Shown here one piece after another: positions 1 to 8,978 of a stretch of DNA of 61,261 nucleotides. Where the stretch lies: contig CABUNR010000004.1 of NCBI GenBank assembly GCA_902492995.1, positions 1-61,261 on the forward strand. Reading direction: 5' to 3'. The position numbers and the translations under genes were made by a program. The notes under the pieces are model-generated. The model had not been told where the DNA came from. It searched no databases and saw nothing but the letters and a program-made list of their open reading frames with translations. Source of the stretch: an uncultured Bacillota bacterium (lineage in GTDB: Bacteria > Bacillota_I > Bacilli_A > RF39 > UBA660). Positions within the stretch are counted from its first letter, which is position 1, and every line of letters begins with the position of its first letter.

Positions 1-95
1 TTTTACCACATTTTGGTTCTTTTTATTTAGTGTGAACTTTAAAGGTATTATAATCCTTTGTCTTATTTTTTTTATTAAAATAATAAAATAGTGTG

Positions 96-117
96 AATAT
101 GAAATATTTTTCATATT
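96..117. promoter_or_regulatory. Palindromic operator-like site 1 (AATATGAAA-N4-TTTCATATT) abutting a TATAAT -10 box at 117-122
   Basis: Perfect 9-bp inverted arms at 96-104 and 109-117 with a 4-nt centre. The site overlaps the likely promoter of the ABC operon. A second copy lies at 152-173. Confidence 0.45.
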
Positions 118-151
118 ATAATTGATTTCTATAAAAAACTATGATGTCATT

Positions 152-173
152 AATATGAAATTTATTTCACATA
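152..173. promoter_or_regulatory. Palindromic operator-like site 2 (AATATGAAA-N4-TTTCACATA) immediately before the AAGGAGG RBS
   Basis: Left arm identical to site 1; right arm matches site 1 at 7 of 9 positions. It sits between the putative promoter and the SD at 174-180. Confidence 0.4.
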
Positions 174-183
174 AGGAGGATGT

Positions 184-894
184 ATGGAAAAATTTATAGA
201 ATTTAAACATGTAACTAAAGGTTACAAAATAGGTGATAAAGTTTATAATGCATTAAATGATGTAAGCTTTACTTTGCCAAGAGGAGAATTTGTATGTATA
301 CTAGGTCCATCTGGAGCTGGTAAATCAACTTTACTTAATCTACTTGGAGGTATGGATACAGCTACAAGTGGAGATATAATTATTGATTCTTTAAATATAT
401 TAAAGAAAAATGATAAAGAATTAACAAAATATAGAGCTGAAAATGTTGGATTTATATTTCAATTTTACAATATTTTACCAACACTTATTGTAAGAGAAAA
501 TGTTGAAATTGTAAAAGATATTGTAAAAAAACCTCAATCAGCAAAACAAATACTTAAAAGTGTAGGCTTAGAAAAGCATTTAGATAAATTTCCTAATCAA
601 TTATCAGGAGGAGAACAACAAATGGTATCCATAGCACGTGCTATAGCTAAAAATACTAAAATATTACTTTGTGATGAACCAACAGGAGCCCTTGATTCAA
701 AAACAGGTGTAGAAGTTTTAAAACTCTTAAAAAAACAATGTGATGCTAATAATGGAAAAAATACAGTTATTATTGTTACACATAATGCTTTGATTGTAGA
801 AGTAGCTGATAGAGTTATTAAACTTAAAAATGGTCAAATTGAGAGTAATGTTATAAATGAAAATCCTAAAGATATTGATGAGGTAGAGTGGTAA
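184..894 (+). CDS. ABC transporter ATP-binding protein (MacB/FtsE/LolD-like)
   Basis: Walker [13 protein letters not shown] signature LSGGEQQ and Walker [13 protein letters not shown]. Strong SD AAGGAGG upstream. Followed 1 nt later by the FtsX permease. Confidence 0.9.
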   Translation: MEKFIEFKHVTKGYKIGDKVYNALNDVSFTLPRGEFVCILGPSGAGKSTLLNLLGGMDTATSGDIIIDSLNILKKNDKELTKYRAENVGFIFQFYNILPTLIVRENVEIVKDIVKKPQSAKQILKSVGLEKHLDKFPNQLSGGEQQMVSIARAIAKNTKILLCDEPTGALDSKTGVEVLKLLKKQCDANNGKNTVIIVTHNALIVEVADRVIKLKNGQIESNVINENPKDIDEVEW

Positions 895-895
895 T

Positions 896-3272
896 ATGCT
901 TAAGAAAAAAATGATACGTGATATACGACAAAATTTATCTCAATTTATTACAATATTTTTGATGGTACTTATTGGAGTAATGGTTTATGTTGGTATTGAA
1001 GCATATATGGATGGAATGATAAATACCGCTGATAAATTTTACAAAGAAAATAATTTGGAAGATTTAAATGTTATTGGAGAATTAAACAATGATGATTTAG
1101 AAAAAATAAAAAAAATAAATCATGTTAAGAATGCAGAAGAGAAACTTGTTGTATCAGGCATAGACGCAACTGATAAAAATAAGTCATACTTAATCAGTTT
1201 TATAAATTCTAATAATATTTCAGAATTTTATATAATTGATGGAGAAAAATTTGATGCTTCAAAAAAAGGAGTATGGGTAGATAATTTTTATGCAGAAAAA
1301 AACAATTTAAAAGTTGGAGATACATTAAAAATTAAATATGAAAAAAATATATTAGAAGAAAAAATTCTAGGTTTAATTAATGTACCAGATCACATTTATG
1401 ATTTGAAAGATGAATCTGAACTTGTGCCAAATAGAAAAAATTTTGGATTTATTTATTTATCTATGAATGAAATTCCAAAAGATTATATAGAAGAATTAAT
1501 TGCTAAAAAAATGAATGTAGAAAAAGATAGTTTAAGTAGTATAATACCTAATTATGATTATAAAAATTATATTATATATAATTATATAATGGTTGATATT
1601 GTTAATAAAGAAAATACTAAAAATGTTAAAGAAAAAATAGAAAAAGAAATAGAAGATGCAAGTTTAATAGTAAAAGCTGAAGATACTTTGTCATATTTAA
1701 GATATCAAGGTGAAATAGATGAAGGAGCATCATACGTTGGAATATTTTCTGGGTTATTCTTATTTATTGCAATGCTTTCTGTAATTACAACAATGACAAG
1801 AGTAATTAAAAGACAAAAAATTCAAATTGGTACTATGAAAGCACTTGGTATAAGTAAGAGAAAAATAATTATGCATTATATTGGATACGGATTTTTCGTT
1901 TCATTAATTGCATCAATATTTGGAATGTTACTTGGAAGATTTTTTATAGGTGAAATTTTCTTAAATTTAGAGATGAGCTATTTTGAAATACCTAATGGAG
2001 TTCCAGTTATTGCAGGTAAAAGCTATATAGTTTCTTTAATGGTAGTTTTAATAGTTTCATTTATAACTTATTTAACATGTAGAAAAGAACTTTTAAAAAA
2101 GCCAGCAGAAGCACTTAGAAATGATGTTCCTAATGTTAAGATTAAAAATCTTAATTTATCAACCAAAGGAATATTTAAAAAATTAAGTTTTAAAAGCAAA
2201 TGGAATTTTAGAGATATACTTAGAAATAAATTTAGAACATTAACGGCCGTAGTTGGAATAGTAGGATGTTGTATGCTTATTGTATGTGCTTTTGGAATGC
2301 TAAATAGTATGAATCATTTTGTAAAACTTCAATATAGTGATTTATATAATTTTAATTATAAATTAACACTAAAAGAAAATTTAAATGATGAAGAGATTAA
2401 TACATTAGTTGATAAATATGGTAATTCAACTAGTGAAACATTATCTATAGAAATACAAAATAAAAATGAAAAAGAGACAAATACAATATTTGTAACAGAT
2501 GCTAAAGATCTAGTAAAATTTCAAAATCAAAAAGGAAAATATATTAATATTGATAATAATGATGGAGTCTATGTAACAAGAAAACTTGCAAAAGAAAAAA
2601 AATATAAAGTAGGAGATACTATAAAATGGCATGTTTATGGTGTAGATAAATACTTTGAATCTAAAATTGTAGGGTTTACAAAAGATCCACAAGTTCAAAA
2701 TTTAACAATGACAAAAAAATACTTAGAAAGTTTAAATATAACATATAACATATAAACCAGATGCTTTATATACAAATGAAAATTTAAAAAGTGTAAAAAG
2801 TATAGATGGCGTTAGTGTAGTTCAAGATATAAAAGAACTAGAGGATAGTATGGAATCAATGCTTTCTATGCTAAAAAGTATGATTATGCTTATAATTGTA
2901 TTTGCAATAGGGCTTGGAGCAGTAATTATATATAATATGGGCATATTATCATATAGTGAAAAACAATATCAATTTTCAACATTAAAAGTATTAGGATTTA
3001 GTGATTCTAAAATAAAGAAAATTTTTATTGAACAAAATATATGGATTACAATTGTATCTATAATAATTGGAATGCCAATGGGATATTATTTAACATCATA
3101 TATATTTAAAAAAGTTATTGCGGATAATTATGATTTTAATGCTTATATTAAATTAAGTACATATCTAATTGCTGCAATAGGTACATATGTAGTGTCATTT
3201 ATTGTATCTAAATTGTTAGCAAAGAAAATAAATAAAATAGATATGGTATCTAGTTTAAAAGCAAATGAATAA
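896..3272 (+). pseudogene. FtsX/MacB-family ABC permease, frameshifted by a 7-bp tandem duplication
   Basis: ORF fragments 896-2755 and 2850-3272 (true reading resumes about 2755 in another frame). ACATATA is duplicated at 2741-2747 and 2748-2754. Removing one copy gives a continuous ...LNITYKPDALYTNENLKSVKSIDGVSVVQDIKELEDSMESML... FtsX-type permease with two 4-TM FtsX domains. Confidence 0.8.
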
Positions 3273-3297
3273 GTGATATAATTTATATGGTGGTAAT

Positions 3298-3900
3298 ATG
3301 GGTGAAATCAGAGAACCAATAAAAAAAAGTTCAATAGAAAAGAAAAATAAAATAATTGAAAAAGGCTTTAATTTAATATGTGAAAAAGGTTATTATAATG
3401 TTAATAGTGTTGATATAGCAAAATATGCTGGGGTATCAACAGGTTTAATTTATCAATATTTTAATGATAAAAGAGATATATTTATTGAAGGTGTAAAAAA
3501 CTATTCAAGTAATATAATGTTTCCTATGATAAATATATTAGAAAGTACGGAATTTGATAAAAATAATTTAGAAGAAATCATAAATAAGATGATTGATAGT
3601 TTTATTAAAACTCATAAAATCAGTAAAAAGGCTCATGAAGAATTAATTGCAATGAGTCACATGGATAGTGAGATAAATCAAATATTTAAAGATAATGAGT
3701 TAGAAATGAATAAAAAAATAGTAAATACATTAAAATATAATAAATTTAATATAGAAAATATAGATGAAAAAGTACATATAATAATTGGACTTATAGATAA
3801 TTATTGTCATGAAGTAGTTTATCATTCTCATAAAGGTTTAGATTATGCTGCTATGAAAAGAGAAGTTATAAAAATAGTATTGTACTTGTTAAAAGATTAG
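3298..3900 (+). CDS. TetR/AcrR-family transcriptional regulator
   Basis: N-terminal TetR HTH (YYNVNSVDIAKYAGVSTGLIYQYFNDKRDIF), about 200 aa, last gene of the ABC operon. Confidence 0.85.
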   Translation: MGEIREPIKKSSIEKKNKIIEKGFNLICEKGYYNVNSVDIAKYAGVSTGLIYQYFNDKRDIFIEGVKNYSSNIMFPMINILESTEFDKNNLEEIINKMIDSFIKTHKISKKAHEELIAMSHMDSEINQIFKDNELEMNKKIVNTLKYNKFNIENIDEKVHIIIGLIDNYCHEVVYHSHKGLDYAAMKREVIKIVLYLLKD

Positions 3901-3925
3901 AAAATTAAAATTCTAATCTTTTTTT
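3895..3925 (+). terminator. Rho-independent terminator
   Basis: Stem GATTAGAA (3895-3902) / TTCTAATC (3911-3918) followed by T7. Confidence 0.7.
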
Positions 3926-3981
3926 GTAATAAAAATATAAAATTAACATACTATTTATTAGATAGTACTAGGAGGGATAAT

Positions 3982-4497
3982 ATGATTAATAAAAAAAATT
4001 TATGGTTTTTAACATTATTTAGTTTAATATTAGTATTAAGTGTTTATTACATAACAATGCCAAATGAACTTTTACTAACCAATAGTTCAAACTATTTAAA
4101 AAATGATTTAAAGAAAAATAAAACAGAAAAAACATCAGTAGAAGTAGAAGAAAGCGAAGTTTTAACTGCTCTTCGTGTAACTGCTGATGAAAATTTAGAA
4201 AAAGAAATTAGTTCGTTAAAAGAAATTTTGAATAATAAAGATACAACAACAGAAGAAAAAAATAAAGCATTTGAAAAAATAAAAACATTAAATGAAAGTA
4301 AAATACTAGAACGTGAAATTGAAACAAAAATTGAAAAGGTGCATAAATTAAAATCATTTGTAAAAATAGAAAATCAAAGTGTTAAAGTAACAATAGATAG
4401 TGATAAACATACAAAAGAACTTGCTAATAAAATAATGAGAACAGTACAAGAAAATTTTTCTTCTAAAGTAAATGTGACAATAGAATTTAAAAAATAA
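3982..4497 (+). CDS. spoIIIAH: SpoIIIAH-like stage III sporulation protein
   Basis: The N-terminal anchor KKNLWFLTLFSLILVLSVYYI and the C-terminal KVTIDSDKHTKELANKIM...VNVTIEFKK closely parallel B. subtilis SpoIIIAH as I recall it (MLKKQTVWLLTMLSL..VLSVYYI ... KINITVKSDKHSKSKA). This was matched from memory, not by a search. Confidence 0.7.
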   Translation: MINKKNLWFLTLFSLILVLSVYYITMPNELLLTNSSNYLKNDLKKNKTEKTSVEVEESEVLTALRVTADENLEKEISSLKEILNNKDTTTEEKNKAFEKIKTLNESKILEREIETKIEKVHKLKSFVKIENQSVKVTIDSDKHTKELANKIMRTVQENFSSKVNVTIEFKK

Positions 4498-4520
4498 TCA
4501 TATAGATATATGATTTTTTC
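4497..4520 (+). terminator. Rho-independent terminator
   Basis: ATCATATA / TATATGAT inverted repeat followed by a T-run. Confidence 0.6.
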
Positions 4521-4602
4521 TTTTGTTCATCACTAAATTAATATTTTTACATAAAATAATATGAGTAAATATAAACCACCCAGCTTAGAAAGTGAGGGAA
4601 AG

Positions 4603-4806
4603 ATGAAAAGTATTTTAACAAAAAGAGAAAAAGAAGTTTTTGAATTACTTATTCAAAATAAAACAACTATTGAAATAGCAAAAATATTAAAAATAAGTGA
4701 AAAAACTGTTAGGAATCATATATCAAATACTATGCAAAAATTAGGTGTAAAAGGAAGGGCAAGTGCAGTTGTAGAACTTTTAAAATTGGGAGAAATTTCA
4801 TTATAA
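4603..4806 (+). CDS. LuxR/GerE-family HTH transcriptional regulator (stand-alone, about 68 aa)
   Basis: LTKREKEVFELL..TTIEIAKILKISEKTVRNHISNTMQKLGV is a classic GerE/LuxR C-terminal HTH. The ORF opens at 4561, but the ATG at 4603 has the SD GAGGGAAAG. Confidence 0.8.
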   Translation: MKSILTKREKEVFELLIQNKTTIEIAKILKISEKTVRNHISNTMQKLGVKGRASAVVELLKLGEISL

Positions 4807-4830
4807 ACCGTATTATTTACGGTTTATTTT
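4805..4830 (+). terminator. Rho-independent terminator
   Basis: AAACCGTA (4805-4812) / TACGGTTT (4818-4825) followed by ATTTT. Confidence 0.7.
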
Positions 4831-4853
4831 CATAATATTAATCAGGTGATAAA

Positions 4854-5798
4854 ATGCTAATAAAACAGATAATGAAAAAAATTACTATTTCAACAGCTAT
4901 ATTATTTTCAATATTTTTGCTATGTATTATGCCAAATAAAAAATTAAATAAAGAAATAAAACAACAGCTTACATATGTTGAAGAAAATTTAAATAAAGAA
5001 AATATATATTTACTCGATAATAATAATTATTTAGCAAGAACAAGTGTTGTTGTTGACAATTCTGATATTGAATTAAAAGCAAAAGAACTTATAGATATAT
5101 TAATAGAAGATTCAAAAAATGAAAATAGAATTCCAAGTGGCTTTAGAGGAATAATTCCATCTAGTACTGAGATATTAAGCTTGGAATATAAAGATGGGAT
5201 AATTAAAGTTAATTTTAGTAAAGAATTATTAGATGTAAAAAAAGAATATGAAGAAAAGGTAATAGAAGCAATTATTTATACATTAACAAGTATAGATGAT
5301 GTTAAAAAAGTAATTATATATATTGATGGAGATATATTAACAAAATTACCCCAAACTAAAATTATGCTACCAAGTATATTAGATAGAAGTTATGGTATTA
5401 ATAAAGAATATAATTTAGATAGTTATAAAGATGTTAATAAAGTAACAATTTATTATCTTAATAGTTATAATGATAATTATTATTATGTTCCAGTGACAAA
5501 ATATTTAAATGATGGAAGAAATAAAATGGAAATAATTATAGATCAATTATCAAATTCTAATAATTTATTGAGTTTTTTAAATGTAAATACCAAACTTTTA
5601 AATTATAAAAATGAAAAAAATACACTATATTTAGATTTTAATGAATATATTTTTGATAATAAAAGTGATATGGTAATATTAGATGAAGTGAAAAATTCAA
5701 TAGGTTTAACTTTAATGGAAAATTATGATGTTGGTGAAATAGTATTTAAGTACAATAATAAAGAAATTTGTAAAAGTGCAGCAAAAACTATTGAATAA
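4854..5798 (+). CDS. GerM-like (GerMN domain) sporulation/germination lipoprotein-like protein
   Basis: N-terminal signal/anchor followed by two repeats of GerMN-like blocks (..IPSGFRGIIPSSTEILSLEYKDGIIKVNFSKELLD.. and ..VKKVIIYIDGD..). Assigned by motif recollection only. Confidence 0.55.
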   Translation: MLIKQIMKKITISTAILFSIFLLCIMPNKKLNKEIKQQLTYVEENLNKENIYLLDNNNYLARTSVVVDNSDIELKAKELIDILIEDSKNENRIPSGFRGIIPSSTEILSLEYKDGIIKVNFSKELLDVKKEYEEKVIEAIIYTLTSIDDVKKVIIYIDGDILTKLPQTKIMLPSILDRSYGINKEYNLDSYKDVNKVTIYYLNSYNDNYYYVPVTKYLNDGRNKMEIIIDQLSNSNNLLSFLNVNTKLLNYKNEKNTLYLDFNEYIFDNKSDMVILDEVKNSIGLTLMENYDVGEIVFKYNNKEICKSAAKTIE

Positions 5799-5843
5799 AA
5801 TAATTTTTTGTTGTATAATTAATGTGTTCGTTGAGGAACACAT

Positions 5844-5920
<77 letters not shown>

Positions 5921-5929
5921 TTTAGAAAT

Positions 5930-5956
5930 AAACACATCTAAAAGATGTGTTTTTAT
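5930..5956. terminator. Bidirectional terminator hairpin shared by tRNA-Arg (+) and the endonuclease gene (-)
   Basis: AAACACATC (5930-5938) / GATGTGTTT (5944-5952), flanked by an A-run on one side and a T-run on the other. Confidence 0.7.
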
Positions 5957-6732
5957 TTATATATTTGTAAATCACATAAATCATGATTGTATGTGTAAAT
6001 TTTATTAAATAATTTTTCAATGTTTTCTTTTTTGATTTTAAATAATAAATTTTTGTTTTTATATTTTCCTATATCATTACCACTTTTACCAATTCTTGCA
6101 ATTAAACAAACATCTATAACTCCCTTATTTAAGAGTTCTAAAAATGTATCGAAAGTTTTTAATTTATATAAAGATAGTTCATAATATCTAAAATATTCAT
6201 TATTATTTAAAACTTTTTTACTTGCTTTAACATAAGCTAATGTATTAAACTTTGTAAAAAGATGTGTTTTTATTGTATCAAGATAAATAAATGATTTCTT
6301 TTCAATTAATTTGTTGTTTAAATTATAAACACAAAGAAATATTTTTTCTTCTTTTTTATCAATTTCTAGTTTAAAACTATAATTGTTATTTAAGATTGTT
6401 TTAGTTACACAATTAATATTTGTATTTAAAACTTTTTTATCTTTAAATACTTTATCATAATATCCATACTTTTGTATAATTCGGTTTATTTCTGGAAAAG
6501 TAGGTCCATCAAATGCAACAGAAAATAAACTTAATGGGTATCTACTAAATCTTGTTGAACATTTTATTTCTATACCATAATAATCAGGAAAAAACATTGA
6601 ATCTGCTTTTTTACCCAGTTCATGTTCAAACGTTAGCCCAATATTTCCTAGACTTTTTGATTTTCCTTCTATCCATCCTTTGTTTGCTATTTTTTTAAAT
6701 TTTTCAATAAATTTTTTTGTTTCTTCATTCAT
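5953..6732 (-). CDS. MvaI/BcnI-family type II restriction endonuclease-like protein (solitary)
   Basis: N-terminal block GNIGLTFEHELGKKADSMFFPDYYGIEIKCSTRFSRYPLSLFSVAFDGP fits the family pattern G..G.t.E..LG...N...PD..GiElK..r....ltLF as I recall it. The C-terminal GVIDVCLIARIGKSG...NLLFKIKKENIEKLF resembles the BcnI C-terminus. No methyltransferase is adjacent. Confidence 0.6.
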   Translation of the reverse strand: MNEETKKFIEKFKKIANKGWIEGKSKSLGNIGLTFEHELGKKADSMFFPDYYGIEIKCSTRFSRYPLSLFSVAFDGPTFPEINRIIQKYGYYDKVFKDKKVLNTNINCVTKTILNNNYSFKLEIDKKEEKIFLCVYNLNNKLIEKKSFIYLDTIKTHLFTKFNTLAYVKASKKVLNNNEYFRYYELSLYKLKTFDTFLELLNKGVIDVCLIARIGKSGNDIGKYKNKNLLFKIKKENIEKLFNKIYTYNHDLCDLQIYK

Positions 6733-6874
6733 ATTTAATCACCAATTTGATAATAACATTTAAAAGTATTATATTCAAATCGCTAAATTGTTATAATATT
6801 TATTTTATTTTGATAAAAATTTGATTTGTCTCTTTAAAAAAAAGAAATATTTAATTATATGATAAAACAAAAAA

Positions 6875-6902
6875 AGTAAAATTGATGAATTTTACTTTTT
6901 TT
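6875..6902. terminator. Terminator hairpin ending the minus-strand tRNA cluster
   Basis: AGTAAAATT (6875-6883) / AATTTTACT (6888-6896), a 9-bp stem with a GATG loop and A/T runs on both sides. Confidence 0.65.
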
Positions 6903-6955
6903 AATTTTTTATATTAGAACTATATTTAACCGGACGGTTGTAGGTTTAATAAAAG

Positions 6956-7029
6956 TGGTGCCGAGTGTAGGAATCGAACCTACGTCTAATCATTACGAGG
7001 GATTTGTTTTACCATTAAACTAAATCGGC
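6956..7029 (-). tRNA. tRNA-Thr (anticodon CGT)
   Basis: Sense strand GCCGATT TA GTTT AATGGTA AAAC A AATCC CTCGTAA TGATT AGAC GTAGG TTCGATT CCTAC ACTCGGC ACCA. There is one acceptor mismatch (6:67) and a 31:39 mismatch. Confidence 0.8.
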
Positions 7030-7032
7030 CCA

Positions 7033-7106
7033 TGGCTGTCCCAGTTAGATTCGAACTAACGATAATAGAGTCAGAGTCTATTGCCTTACCACTTGGCCAT
7101 GGGACA
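7033..7106 (-). tRNA. tRNA-Gln (anticodon CTG)
   Basis: Sense strand TGTCCCA TG GCCAAGTGGTAAGGC A ATAGA CTCTGAC TCTAT TATC GTTAG TTCGAAT CTAAC TGGGACA GCCA. The U1-A72 pair is typical of bacterial tRNA-Gln. Confidence 0.85.
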
Positions 7107-7146
7107 ATAAAATAAAAACTCGGCAACCGAGCTTAAATTTTTTTAA

Positions 7147-7231
7147 TGGTGCAGGTGAAGGGACTTGAACCCCCATGTCGTAAGACACTAGATCCTAAGT
7201 CTAGCGCGTCTGCCAATTTCGCCACACCTGC
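7147..7231 (-). tRNA. tRNA-Leu (anticodon TAG), long variable arm
   Basis: Sense strand GCAGGTGTGGCGAAATTGGCAGACGCG CTAGA CTTAGGA TCTAG TGTCTTACGACAT GGGGGTTCAAGTCCC TTCACCTGCACCA. It is 85 nt, class II. Confidence 0.9.
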
Positions 7232-7242
7232 AATTAAAAAAA

Positions 7243-7319
7243 TGGTGGACCTTGTAGGACTCGAACCTACGACCGTTCGGTTATGAGCCGAATGCTCTGA
7301 CCAACTGAGCTAAAGGTCC
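7243..7319 (-). tRNA. tRNA with CAT anticodon, most likely tRNA-Ile2 (lysidine) rather than Met
   Basis: Sense strand GGACCTTTAGCTCAGTTGGTCAGAGC A TTCGG CTCATAA CCGAA CGGTC GTAGG TTCGAGT CCTAC AAGGTCC ACCA. The GGACC.../...GGTCC acceptor matches my recollection of Bacillus tRNA-Ile(CAU). Confidence 0.75.
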
Positions 7320-7402
7320 GTACACATTACTAACTAATAATATCATATAAAAAATAATTTTGCAAGATATATTTAAAAAAAATTCTAAAAAATAAAAATT
7401 AT

Positions 7403-7432
7403 TTGAATATATACTTTTGGATATGTTATAAT
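7403..7432 (+). promoter_or_regulatory. Sigma-A-type promoter for cysS (TTGAAT-18-TATAAT)
   Basis: -35 at 7403-7408 and -10 at 7427-7432, about 20 nt upstream of the cysS start. Confidence 0.5.
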
Positions 7433-7450
7433 TAATTAGGATGTGATTTT

Positions 7451-8851
7451 ATGAAAATATATAATACTTTAACAAGAAAGGTAGAAGAATTTGTCCCTAA
7501 TAATAAAGAATGTGTTACTATGTATACATGTGGCCCTACAGTATATCATTATGCTCATATAGGTAATCTTAGAACATATATTTTTGAAGATATTTTGGAA
7601 AAAACATTAAATTATATTGGATATAATGTAAAAAGATGTATGAATATAACTGATGTTGGACATTTAACAAGCGATTCAGATAGTGGTGAAGATAAAATGC
7701 TAAAAGGAGCAAAAAGAGAACATAAAAGTGTTTTAGAGATTGCTCAATTTTACACTGATGAATTTAAACGTGATATTGAAAAACTAAATATAAAATGGCC
7801 AGAAATTGTATCAAAAGCAACTGATAATATTGATATGTATATAAAAATTGTAAAAAAGTTGCTCGATGATAATTATGCATATATAAGTGGCGGAAATGTT
7901 TATTTTGATACTTCTAAATTGTTAGATTATTATAAACTTACAAATCATAAAGTAGATGATATGGTTATTGGTGTAAGAGATGGAGTTGAAGAAGATTTAA
8001 GCAAAAAAAATCAAGCTGATTTTGTGTTATGGTTTACAAAATCAAAATTTGATTCTCAAGAACTTAAATGGGATAGTCCTTGGGGAATTGGATATCCTGG
8101 TTGGCATATTGAATGTTCAGGAATAAGTATAAAAAATTTAGGTGAATATTTAGATATACATTGTGGCGGAATAGATAATATTTTCCCACATCATACAAAT
8201 GAAATAGCTCAATCAGAAAGTTATCTAGGTCATAAATGGTGTAATTATTGGGTTCATGGAGAACATTTAAATGATGAAACTGGAAAGATGAGTAAATCAA
8301 AAGGTGAGTTTTTAACTCTCTCACTTCTAGAAAATAAAGGTTATAGTCCAATTGATTATAGATTTATGTGTTTAAATTCTTCATATAGAAAAGTATTAGT
8401 TTTTAGTTATGAAGCATTAAATCAAGCACATGATTCATATCAAAAACTTAAATCAAAAGTAAAAAAATTAAACAGGAATAATAATGAAAAACTAGAAAAT
8501 GATAAAATACTTGAATACAAAAAAAGATTTTGTGATGCATTAGAAAGTGATTTAAATACTTCACTTGCATTAACCGTTATATATGATTTATTAAAAGAAA
8601 AAATAAATGATTCAACTAAACTTTATTTGATATACGACTTTGATAAAGTATTATCACTTGATTTATTAAAAGAAGAAGAAAAAAAAATAGATGATGAACT
8701 TTTAAAACATATTAATGAAATGATTGTAAAAAGAGCCGAAGCAAAGAAAAATAAAGATTATAACTTAGCCGATAGTATAAGAAATGACCTAGAAAAGAAA
8801 GGTATTATTCTTAAAGATACAAAAGAAGGAACTATATATGAGATAAAATAG
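7451..8851 (+). CDS. cysS: Cysteine--tRNA ligase
   Basis: Class I motifs HIGN (YAHIGNLR) and KMSKS. Typical CysRS N-terminus MKIYNTLTRKVEEF. Confidence 0.95.
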   Translation: MKIYNTLTRKVEEFVPNNKECVTMYTCGPTVYHYAHIGNLRTYIFEDILEKTLNYIGYNVKRCMNITDVGHLTSDSDSGEDKMLKGAKREHKSVLEIAQFYTDEFKRDIEKLNIKWPEIVSKATDNIDMYIKIVKKLLDDNYAYISGGNVYFDTSKLLDYYKLTNHKVDDMVIGVRDGVEEDLSKKNQADFVLWFTKSKFDSQELKWDSPWGIGYPGWHIECSGISIKNLGEYLDIHCGGIDNIFPHHTNEIAQSESYLGHKWCNYWVHGEHLNDETGKMSKSKGEFLTLSLLENKGYSPIDYRFMCLNSSYRKVLVFSYEALNQAHDSYQKLKSKVKKLNRNNNEKLENDKILEYKKRFCDALESDLNTSLALTVIYDLLKEKINDSTKLYLIYDFDKVLSLDLLKEEEKKIDDELLKHINEMIVKRAEAKKNKDYNLADSIRNDLEKKGIILKDTKEGTIYEIK

Positions 8852-8879
8852 TAAATTAATTAATATTTACTATTTTTTA
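8848..8879 (+). terminator. Rho-independent terminator after cysS
   Basis: ATAGTAAAT (8848-8856) / ATTTACTAT (8865-8873) followed by a T-run. Confidence 0.65.
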
Positions 8880-8880
8880 T

Positions 8881-8909
8881 TGACAAACAATTGTTTGCTA
8901 GATATAATT
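8881..8909 (+). promoter_or_regulatory. Sigma-A promoter for ruvAB-queA (TTGACA-17-TATAAT)
   Basis: Consensus -35 at 8881-8886, 17-nt spacer, consensus -10 at 8904-8909. Confidence 0.7.
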
Positions 8910-8978
8910 TTATTAGTTATTTAATTCAAACATTTAATAATTAATTTGATTTGTGATATAATTTTGTTAGGTGATATT

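Noticed and set aside
6930-6948. CCGGACGGTTGTAGGTTTA on the plus strand resembles the anticodon-stem to T-arm stretch (CCGAACGGTCGTAGGTTCG) of the CAT tRNA at 7243-7319. It could be a tRNA fragment or att-site scar next to the endonuclease islet.
   Set aside because: Only about 15 of 19 positions match, it has the opposite orientation to the real gene, and no cloverleaf or second repeat copy flanks the islet. It is too weak to call without a statistical search.
7320-7450. T-box leader upstream of cysS.
   Set aside because: Only about 130 very AT-rich nt are available. There is no specifier hairpin, T-box sequence or terminator/antiterminator pair, only a promoter-like TTGAAT-18-TATAAT.
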